A stretch of DNA of 15,018 bases from positions 1-15,018 of the forward strand of contig NW_021825843.1 of the NCBI RefSeq assembly GCF_006345805.1, written 5' to 3'. The position numbers were made by a program, and so were the translations under genes. The notes beneath the pieces are model-generated. The model had not been told where the DNA came from. It did no database searches and was given only the letters and a program-made list of their open reading frames with translations. Source of the DNA: Octopus sinensis (lineage: Eukaryota). Shown here piece by piece: positions 1-8,580 of this stretch (positions are counted from its first letter, which is position 1; each line of letters begins with the position of its first letter).

Positions 1-60
1 AACAATAATAAAATGACAATATTAAAAGGAAACAGCGAAAATAAGAAAAGAATATGTTTC

Positions 61-440
61 TGTATGTATGTATGTATGTGTACATGTGTGTATTGTATAT
101 ATATATATGTGTGTGTGTGTGTACGTGTGTGTATTGTATATATATATATGTGTGTGTGTGTGTACGTGTGTGTATTGTATATATATATATGTGTGTGTGT
201 GTGTACGTGTGTGTGTATTGTATATATATATATGTGTGTGTGTGTGTGTACGTGTGTGTATTGTATATATATATATGTGTGTGTGTGTGTACGTGTGTGT
301 ATTGTATATATATATATGTGTGTGTGGTGTGTGTGTGTGTGTGTGCGTGTGTGTGTACGTGTGTGTGTGTGTGCGTGTGTGTGTGTGTGTGTGTGTACGT
401 GTGTGTGTGTGTGTACGTGTGTGTGTGTGTGTGCGTGTGT
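61..440. repeat. Compound (TG)n/(TA)n microsatellite containing a ~41-bp minisatellite (about 6 copies, ~80-326)
   Basis: Unit tac(a/g)tgtgtgtattg(ta)n(tg)n recurs with TAC at 81, 122, 163, 204, 249 and 290 (periods 41,41,41,45,41), then decays into (TG)n with occasional TACG/TGCG. Confidence 0.95.
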
Positions 441-537
441 AAAGGCGTAACGTTTCTCCATTGTTGTAACAGAATACGAACAAATGCATTTCATTTCCTC
501 TTTCCTGGAATCCACTTCTCTCGCCTTTTTTGCTTTC

Positions 538-540
<3 letters not shown>

Positions 541-605
<65 letters not shown>

Positions 606-697
606 GTGTGTGTGTGTATGAGCATTAGTCTATTTTCCTCCCCCTTCTTATCCCTCTCATCTTCTCATCCTACACCATCTCTATATATATGTATATG

Positions 698-744
<47 letters not shown>

Positions 745-798
745 ATATATATATATAGATATATATATATACATACATACATATATATCTATATGCAT

Positions 799-833
<35 letters not shown>

Positions 834-1331
834 TGTATATAAACATGTATATAAACATGTATATATGTGTATATATATAGGTGGTTTCACGCAAACGCAT
901 GAAAACATAGGTGCGCATGCAGGCTATGTATACACCTCACACACACATACACACACACACACGCATACACACACACACACCGCGTGTGTGTGTGTGAGCA
1001 TTAGTCAATTTCCTTTCCCCTTCTTGTCTCGCTCCTTTTCTCATTTCTCTCTCTCTCTATATATATATTTATATATGTATATGTATATGTATATATACAT
1101 ACACATATACACATACATACATAAATACATACATACATACATACATACATACATACATACATGCATACATATATATATATATATAATATATATCCATGTA
1201 TATATATATATGTATATATATGTGCATATATATAAATATGCATATATGTATATATGTATATAGGGGGTCTACACGCAACGCATGAAATCATAGGTGAGCA
1301 TGCAGGCGTATATATACACCTCACACACACA

Positions 1332-1372
<41 letters not shown>

Positions 1373-1474
1373 CACACTGTGTGTGTGTGTATGAGCATTA
1401 GTCTATTTTCCTCCCCCTTCTTATCCCTCTCATCTTCTCATCCTACACCATCTCTATATATATGTATATGTGTA

Positions 1475-1555
<81 letters not shown>

Positions 1556-1577
1556 CATACATATATTCTATATGCAT

Positions 1578-1612
<35 letters not shown>

Positions 1613-1947
1613 TGTATATAAACATGTATATAAACATGTATATATGTGTATATATATAGGTGGTTTCACGCAAACGCATGAAAACATAGGTGCGCATGCA
1701 GGCTATGTATACACCTCACACACACATACACACACACACACGCATACACACACACACACACCGCGTGTGTGTGTGTGAGCATTAGTCAATTTCCTTTCCC
1801 CTTCTTGTCTCGCTCCTTTTCTCATTTTCTCTCTCTCTCTATATATATATTTATATATATGTATATGTATATGTATATATACATACACATATACACATAC
1901 ATACATAAATACATACATACATACATACATACATACATACATACATG

Positions 1948-1978
<31 letters not shown>

Positions 1979-2117
1979 CCATGTATATATATATATGTAT
2001 ATATATGTGCATATATATAAATATGCATATATGTATATATGTATATAGGGGGTCTACACGCAAACGCATGAAATCATAGGTGAGCATGCAGGCGTATATA
2101 TACACCTCACACACACA

Positions 2118-2165
<48 letters not shown>
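541..2165. repeat. Tandem duplication of a ~775-bp dimer (A-B-A'-B'), each monomer ~376-397 bp of short unique linkers joined by (TA)n/(CATA)n/(CA)n
   Basis: Linker tgagcattagtc starts at 619, 995, 1392 and 1776. A linkers (agcattagtctattttcctcccccttc...; ggtggtttcacgcaaacgcatgaaaacatagg) are identical in A and A'. B linkers (agcattagtcaatttcctttcccc...; ggggtctacacgca(a)acgcatgaaatcatagg) match B' except for homopolymer length. Confidence 0.95.
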
Positions 2166-2169
<4 letters not shown>

Positions 2170-2217
2170 GATCAGGCATATTCTCATGCGCGCATACATT
2201 ATCTTGCAGGTGCCTTG

Positions 2218-2256
2218 TTATCAACCAGATGCTGTTAAACAGCCTCTGGTTGATAA
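2218..2256. other. 39-bp near-perfect palindrome
   Basis: ttatcaaccaga-t-gctgtt-a-aacagc-c-tctggttgataa: 12-bp and 6-bp arms are exact reverse complements, with one T/C mismatch and a central A. Confidence 0.9.
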
Positions 2257-2457
2257 TATACGCCATCTGGTCGATAACACGCCATCTGTTGAAGAATACG
2301 GCAGCAGGTGGGGAATGGAACATCTAATAAAATGGTTTCTCTAAGAATCAAAGAGAGCGAAAGGCCTTTAATGGTCAATCAACATGCTGGAAATAGCAGT
2401 CCAATCTATTTGGAATTACATCATAGTGTCTTAAACGGGATATGTTTATGTTGCAAC

Positions 2458-2816
2458 TGTGGAGGCGCAATGGCCCAGTGGTCAGGGCAACGGACTCGCG
2501 GTCGTGAGATCGCGGTTTCGATTCCCAGACCGGGTGTTGTGAGTTTATTGAGTGAAAACACCTAAAGCTCCTCGAATCTCCGGCAGGGTGGGGGACGAAC
2601 CCTGCTGTGTTCTTTCACCACAACTTTCTCCTCTCTCTTTCTTCCCGTTTCAGCCTTGTCACACACTGTGTCACCCTGAATCTCCCCGAGAACTACATTA
2701 AGGGTTACACGTGTCTGTGGGGTGCTCAACCACTTGCACGTTAATTTCACGAGCAGGCTTGTTCCGTTGATCGGATCAACTGGAATCCTCGTCGTCGTAA
2801 CCGACGGAGTGCCACG
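2458..2816 (+). mobile_element. Full-length tRNA-derived SINE (~360 bp) with 10-bp target-site duplication
   Basis: Pol III A box tggcccagtgg (2471-2481) and B box ggtttcgattccc (2514-2526). Direct repeat atgttgcaac flanks the element at 2448-2457 and 2817-2826. A second related copy starts at 3050. Resembles octopus tRNA-derived SINEs (recollection, exact family not assigned). Confidence 0.85.
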
Positions 2817-2924
2817 ATGTTGCAACAAAAGTTTGCTCAAGTTTGGAGCGCCGGGTGGACTTGGTTCGGCAGAGTCCCTGCGTTGCATAGGCAGATCTGG
2901 TTGACCTGTACAACAGTGGTAAAA

Positions 2925-3049
2925 AGAACAAGAACAAGAACAACGATGACGACGATGACACAACAACAACAATAGTAATAACAATAACATCAACGACGCC
3001 GCCGACGACGACAATATAAACAACAGCAACAATAACAACAGCAGAAGCA
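2925..3049. repeat. Mixed (AAGAAC)/(GAC)/(AAC)/(AAT) microsatellite
   Basis: Direct reading of the sequence. Confidence 0.85.
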
Positions 3050-3252
3050 GTGGAGGCACAATGGCCCAGTGGTTAGGGCACCGGTCTCGAGGTCTCAAGA
3101 ACGCGGTTTCGATTCCCAGACCGAGCATTGTGAGTGTTTATTGAGCAAAAACACCTAAGCTCCACGAGGCTCCGGCGGGGGTGGTGGTGGTGGTGAACCC
3201 CGCTGTACTCTTTCACCACAACTTTCTCTCACTCTTTCTTTCTACTTCTTCC
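3050..3252 (+). mobile_element. 5' half of the same tRNA-derived SINE family (3' part absent or replaced)
   Basis: gtggaggcacaatggcccagtgg...cgcggtttcgattcccagacc...aaaacacct...ctttcaccacaactttctc aligns with 2459-2645. Similarity ends around 3250. Confidence 0.85.
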
Positions 3253-3534
3253 ACAAAGTAGAGAAACCATGGTGTAACCCACTATGGTGTGGTAAACTTT
3301 CAGACTCTAGTCTAGATTGCGAATCCTCTGTACCCCAGGATGGTTCAGCTCTCCACCCGTTAAAAAGCCACCGTTTACGGAATGAAGATAACAACGTAGC
3401 TTTCGCGCCCGTGCAACCGCCAGTCTATCGCGTGTGGTGGGTGGATCTTCAAGTTGCCACACGCATTCTTAGTAGCTTAGAGTAGGCTCGAATTAGAGAT
3501 TATTCTTTGTGGCTAATGGCGCGAGTCCTGACTG

Positions 3535-3700
3535 GAAGAAGAAGAAGAAGAAGAAGAAGAAGAAGAAGAAGAAGAAGAAGAAGAAGAAGAAGAAGAAGAA
3601 GAATAAGAAGAAGAAGATGAAGAAGAAGAAGAAGAAGAAGAGAAGAAGAAGAAGAAGAAGAAGAACAACAACAACAACAACAACAGCAACAGCAGCAGAA
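3535..3700. repeat. (GAA)n (~130 bp) followed by (AAC)/(AGC)n
   Basis: Direct reading; gives the poly-K/poly-S/poly-L artefact ORFs. Confidence 0.95.
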
Positions 3701-3709
3701 CGCCTTCGT

Positions 3710-4097
3710 TCTCAACAGATTTAACCATTCACGTCAACAATAGAATGATTTTAACCCTCTTCCACCTTCCTTTCTAGATAGGTATAATTTCGCTACTCCT
3801 ACTCTTGGGTGGAGTTCTCCATTCATATCAAATTCCTTCCTAGATCGTCTGCCTAGCTTTGCTAATTATTTTCTACCCAATCTACAAAAGCTACTGAATA
3901 TCTAAGTAACGATACTGCCCAAGTATTTACAGCCTTCACTAGATTCGGACCATTTAGCTTTGACTTCATCAGCTTCCTCGCACTTCTGAAATACTCCTTC
4001 TCAATTTTCGTTTTCATTTCTATAGTTAGTACCTTTCAATGATTTTAATGTCTGGCCATCTTGTAATTGGATACCTTCACTGTTGATTACCTGTCCC
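3710..4097 (-). pseudogene. Degraded internal RT/thumb fragment of an R4/Dong-clade REL non-LTR retrotransposon (divergent family 'C')
   Basis: Manual minus-strand translation across frameshifts: GQVINSEGIQLQDGQTLKSL / EMKTKIEKEYFRSARKLMKSKLNGPNLVKAVNTWAVSLLRYSVAFVDW / LAKLGRRSRKEFDMNGELHPRVGVAKLYLSRKEGGRGL. The LHP...LYL.RK.GGRGL motif is typical of REL-type elements. Confidence 0.85.
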
Positions 4098-4098
4098 T

Positions 4099-4145
<47 letters not shown>

Positions 4146-4156
4146 TATCATCATCA

Positions 4157-4211
<55 letters not shown>

Positions 4212-4213
4212 CA
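4098..4213. repeat. (ATC)n(ATT)n array; 3' tail/target of the element at 4216-5580
   Basis: Reads (TAA)n(TGA)n on the element sense strand immediately downstream of its 3' UTR. Confidence 0.9.
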
Positions 4214-4215
4214 TG

Positions 4216-5580
4216 CAGTAGTCTTTATTTTTATCACGCGCTTTCACTGCACCACCGAGCGCAGCTCTGTGTGCCTCGGGTATGTGCTGTGGTTTGTTGT
4301 GGTGCTCTTATTTTCACTGTATTGAAAGTGTTTTACGTAGTATTTGAGCGGTGCCTAGTAGTGCTATTTTTTTTTGTATGTTATATATACTTGCATGTCC
4401 TGCTGTTTTTTGTTATGTATGTGTCTGAATGCTTTTTTTTTATCATACCTAATGCGCCTACAAGGATAGGAATCGTTTCTGTTTTTAGGCCCCACATTCG
4501 AGTTACCTATATTTCCAGGTTCGAGTTACCTATATTGAAAGTTTCTCCGTTTCTTTTAGAGAAGCACTGTCATCTGTTGGTATTGAAACTTCGATTACAA
4601 AGCATTTTTGGTAATATTGGTAATCTCTGACAATTATATTCGGCGTTTCGGCCTTAATTTTTCTATCTGTATGTATTGGCATATCCCAGAGTATGGTTGC
4701 TTTCTCATTTTCTGTGACCTTTCTGGCGTGTGTCTATACCATCTTTTTTTCTGTTGTTATTCTATAGTGTTGGCATAGCTTCCAGTGTTGTATCGTATCG
4801 AGTTTATTGATGCCTAAATATTTGTATACCTGGCTTTGGTCTAATTCTCTTATTTCATTTGCTTTATCTAGTGTGATGCTGCTACTCTTAACTAGTTTTC
4901 TTCTTTTCATGGTTACTTTGGCACATTTTTTTAAGCCAAACTTCATGTTTATTTCTTTGGTAAATCCATGTACTGTCTGCAATAATGTTTCCAGCTTTTT
5001 ATCATTTGTAGCGTACAGTTTCAGATCATCCATATACAAGAGATTGCTTGATCGTTGTGCAGTAAAAGTGGTGTCCACATCCAGTTCTGTTTAGCATTTC
5101 AGATAAAGGTGTTAGCGCCAAGCAGAAAAGAAGTGGAGAAAGAGCATGTCTCCCTGGAATATTCCTCTTCTAATGGGGATGTCTTTGGTTTTTATGAGTC
5201 CCTCTTTTGTCTGGCGCTGTAGCACTGTCTACCGTTTATTCATGGAATGCTTTATATATTTTATGACTATTGGTGCTACCTTGTTCATGGCTGGTGTTTC
5301 TAGGATCCATGTGTGGGGAATAAAGTCAAAAGCCTTTCGATAATCGACCCAGGCAATACTTAGACCCTTCTTTAGCTTTCGGCTGTCTTCAGTTATGGCT
5401 TTGTTGCTGAGCAGCTGATCTTTACAGCCGTATGAACCCTTGCAGTATCCCTTCCGCTCTTCAGAAAACGGGTTTTCTTCCAGATGTTTGCCAATTCTCT
5501 GATATTATTGCAGTAAAGGGTTTGTAAATTGTAGGGAGACAGTTTTGGGGTTTGCTATTCAAATAGATTTAGGAATTAAG
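4216..5580 (-). mobile_element. R4/Dong-clade LINE derivative A1: RT core fused directly to the REL endonuclease region and 3' UTR (internal deletion), with stops and frameshifts
   Basis: Minus strand gives CLPTIYK, AWVDYRKAFD, RGIFQGD, LLYMDDLKLY and FGLKKCA...YKYLG (ORF 4734-5078), then jumps at DTIQH|WKLCQHY to the post-zinc-knuckle region (ILWDMPIHTDR, TPNIIV, CFVIEVSIP). It ends LRKTLSIQ* + 3' UTR + (TAA)n. Confidence 0.92.
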
Positions 5581-5582
5581 TT

Positions 5583-5659
<77 letters not shown>

Positions 5660-5692
5660 CATCATCATCATCATCATCATCATCATTATAAT
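5581..5692. repeat. (TTG)n(TTA)n(TCA)n array
   Basis: Direct reading; same order of motifs as 8214-8319. Confidence 0.9.
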
Positions 5693-5807
5693 TATATGAT
5701 GAGAGCGCACAGCTTATTTTGCTGGGTATGATGGAAATAGTCAGCTGTCCACAACCAACAGGCTAAGGTGACACTTACTTACTGGTCATGCTTCGAGAAC
5801 CCTGTGA
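5693..5807 (-). mobile_element. Extreme 3' end (last codons + 3' UTR) of a second Dong-like family 'B', copy 1
   Basis: Minus strand ...agggttctcgaagcatga = RVLEA*, positionally like the ILRRTLSIQ C-terminus of the neighbouring elements, followed by ~100 nt and a (TGA)/(TAA)n tail. Near-identical to 8320-8430. Family assignment is inference. Confidence 0.6.
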
Positions 5808-5967
<160 letters not shown>

Positions 5968-6817
5968 CAGTAGTTTTATTTTTATATAGCGTGTGCTTTC
6001 ACTTCACTACCGAGCGCAGCTCTGTGTGCCTTGGGTATGTGCTGTGATTTGTTGTGATGCTCTGATGGTATTGTATGGAAAGTGTTCTGCGTAGGATGTG
6101 TGCAGTGCCTAGTAGTGCAATTTTCTGTATGTTATAGGTGTTTGTAAGTCCTGGTGTTTTTGCTATGTATTTGTCTGAATATTTTTTTATCATGCCTAAT
6201 GCACCTACTATGATAGGAATTGTTTCTGTTTTCAGATTCCACATTCTAGTTACCTCTATTTCCAGGTCTTTGTATTTTGAGAGTTTCTCCATTTCTTTTA
6301 GAGACACGTTGTCATCAGCCGGTATTGATACATCACTTAGAAAGCATTTTTTTTCTTCATGGTTTCTGACAACTATATCTGGTCTATTGGCCTTAATTTC
6401 TCTGTCTGTGTGTATCGGCATATCCCAGAGTATGGTTGCTTTCTCGTTTTCTGTGACCTTTTCTGGTGTGTGCCTATACCATCTTTTTTCTGTTGTTATT
6501 CCATAATGTTGGCATAACTTCCAATGTGTGTAGGTTCCAACTCTGTCATGTCTGTGAATATATTCCTTCTTAGCCAGGGCTGGGCAGCTAGAGATAATAT
6601 GATTTATTGTTTCTTGTCCATCTCCACATATTCTGCAGTTACTTGTAATATTTCTTTTCATTACATGTTTTTGGTAATTTCTGGTGGGGAGGCTTTGGTC
6701 TTGTGCTGCAATTAAAAATCCCTCTGTTTCTGCTTTGAGTCCTGAGCTTCTCAACCATTGCTGGGATTTTTCTTTGTCTATTTCTTTTGCGTTTAGTTTA
6801 GTCCAGTATTTACCATG

Positions 6818-6820
<3 letters not shown>
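5968..6820 (-). mobile_element. 5'-truncated R4/Dong-clade LINE copy inserted in (TAA)n
   Basis: Flanked by (ATT)n on both sides, starts mid-ORF, and has an intact 3' end homologous to A1/A2 (cagtag...gctttcac...gcagctctgtgt). Confidence 0.95.
5999..6820 (-). CDS. Open C-terminal part of the R4/Dong ORF: linker, CCHC zinc knuckle and PD-(D/E)xK restriction-like endonuclease (273 codons, no true start)
   Basis: The frame is open upstream of the ORF-track start: LHGKYWTKLNAKEIDKEKSQQWLRSSGLKAETEG... It contains CRICGDGQETINHIISSC (CX2CX8HX4C), RHD, ILWD, NRPDIVV, SDVSIP, KLSKYKDL, IPIIVGALG and ALLGTAHILR. Retroelement remnant, probably not translated. Confidence 0.85.

Positions 6821-6892
<72 letters not shown>
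6821..6892. repeat. (ATT)n array
   Basis: Direct reading; lies between the 5' truncation of one copy and the 3' end of the next. Confidence 0.95.
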
Positions 6893-6895
<3 letters not shown>

Positions 6896-8213
6896 TAGTC
6901 TTATTTTTATCGAGTGCTTTCACCGCACTACCGAATGCAGCTCTGTGTTTATTGGGTATGTGCTGTTGTTTGTTGCGGTGCTCTTATTTTCACTGTATTG
7001 AAAGTGTTTTACGTAGTATGTGAGCGGTGCCTAGTAGTGCTATTTTTTTGTATGTTATATATACTTGCATGTCCTGCTGTTTTTTGTTATGTATGTGTCT
7101 GGATGCTTTTTTTTTATCATACCTAATGCGCCTACAATGATAGGAATCGTTTCTCTTTTTAGGCCCCACATTCGAGTTACCTATATTTCCAGTTTCTCCG
7201 TTTCTTTTAGAGAAGCACTGTCATCTGTTGGTATTGAAACTTCGATTACAAAGCATTTTTTCTTGGCAATCTCTGACAATTATATTCGGCGTTTTGGCCT
7301 TAATTTCTCTAGCTGTGTGTATTGGCATATCTCAGAGTATGGTTGCTTTCTCATTTTCTGTGACCTTTTCTGGCGTGTGTCTATACCATCTTTTTTTCTG
7401 TTGTTATTCTATAGTGTTGGCATAGCTTCCAGTGTTGTATCGTATCGAGTTTATTGATACCTGGCTTTGGTCTAATTCTCTTATTTCATTTGCTTTATCT
7501 AGTGTGATGCTGCTACTCTTAACTAGTTTTCTTCATTTCATGGTTGCTTTGGCACATTTTTCTAAGCCAAACTTCATGCTTATTTCTTTGGTAAATCCAT
7601 GTACTGTCTGTAGTAATGTTTCCAGCTTTTTATCATTTGTAGCATACAGTTTCAGATCATCCATATACAAGAGATTGCTTGATTGTTGTGCAGTAAAAGT
7701 TGTGTCAACATCCAGTTCTGTTTAGCATCCCAGATAAAGGTGTTAGCGCCAAGCAGAAAAGAAGTGGAGAAAGAGCGTGTCTCCCTGGAATATTCCTCTC
7801 CTAATGGGGATGGCTTTGGTTTTTATGAGTCCCTCTTTTGTCTGGAGCTGTAGCACTGTCTACCGTTTATTCATGGAATGCTTTATATATTTTATGATTA
7901 TTGGTGCTACCTTGTTCATGGCTGGTGTTTCTAGGATCCATGTGTGGGGGAATAAAGTCAAAAGCCTTTCGATAATCGATCCAGGCAATACTTAGACCCT
8001 TCTTTTTCTTTCGGCTGTCTTCAGTTATGGCTTTGTTGCTGAGCAGCTGATCTTTACAGCCGTATAAACCCTTGCAGTATCCCTTCCGCTCTTCAGAAAA
8101 CGGGTTTTCTTCCAGATGTTTGCCAATTCTCTGATATTATTGCAGTAAAGGCTTTGTAAATTGTTGAGAAACAGTTTTGTGGGTTTGCTATTCAAATAGA
8201 TTTAGGAATTAAG
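6893..8213 (-). mobile_element. R4/Dong derivative A2, second copy of the RT-REL fusion element
   Basis: Collinear with 4216-5580: same 5' end (taggaattaag) and same deletion junction (cttccagtgttgtatcgtatcg). It additionally lacks gcctaaatatttgtat (16 nt, KYLG region) and the 22-nt segment seen at ~4518-4540 in A1. Confidence 0.92.
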
Positions 8214-8237
8214 TTGTTGTTGTTGTTGTTGTTGTTG

Positions 8238-8298
<61 letters not shown>

Positions 8299-8319
8299 CA
8301 TCACCATCATCATTATTAT
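8214..8319. repeat. (TTG)n(TTA)n(TCA)n array
   Basis: Paralogous to 5581-5692. Confidence 0.9.
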
Positions 8320-8430
8320 TATATGATGAAAGCGCACAGCTTATTTTGCTTGGTATGATAGAAATAGTCAGCTGTCCACAACCATCAGGCTAAGGTGACA
8401 CTTACTGGTCATGCTTCGAGAACCCTGAGA
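8320..8430 (-). mobile_element. 3' end of Dong-like family 'B', copy 2
   Basis: Near-identical to 5693-5807 with the same truncation point. Minus strand reads ILRVLEA* then UTR and tail. Confidence 0.6.
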
Positions 8431-8492
<62 letters not shown>

Positions 8493-8527
8493 CATTATTA
8501 TTATTATCATTATTATTATTATTATCA

Positions 8528-8560
<33 letters not shown>

Positions 8561-8580
8561 TCATCATCATCATCATTATT
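8431..8580. repeat. (ATT)n(ATC)/(GTC)n(ATC)n array
   Basis: Direct reading. Confidence 0.9.

Noticed and set aside
13-2162. Long ORFs rich in C/V/Y/I/H/T (e.g. 54-758, 22-594)
   Set aside because: They are translations of (TG)n/(TA)n/(CA)n tracts, which lack stops by construction; no domain signal.
541-2165. CRISPR-like array (repeat-spacer appearance)
   Set aside because: The 'spacers' are microsatellites and are themselves duplicated; eukaryotic context with no cas genes.
2464-2535. Possible tRNA gene
   Set aside because: A/B boxes are present but the acceptor and anticodon stems are not canonical. It continues into a shared ~200-bp body, has a TSD and has a second diverged copy, so it is a SINE head.
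2827-2924. Possible LINE 3' coding remnant after the SINE
   Set aside because: Three-frame translation shows no recognisable RT or endonuclease motif.
3252-3484. ATG-less open frame of 77 codons (HKVEKPWCNPLW...RILSSLE*)
   Set aside because: No start codon, no recognisable motif, and its length is attainable by chance.
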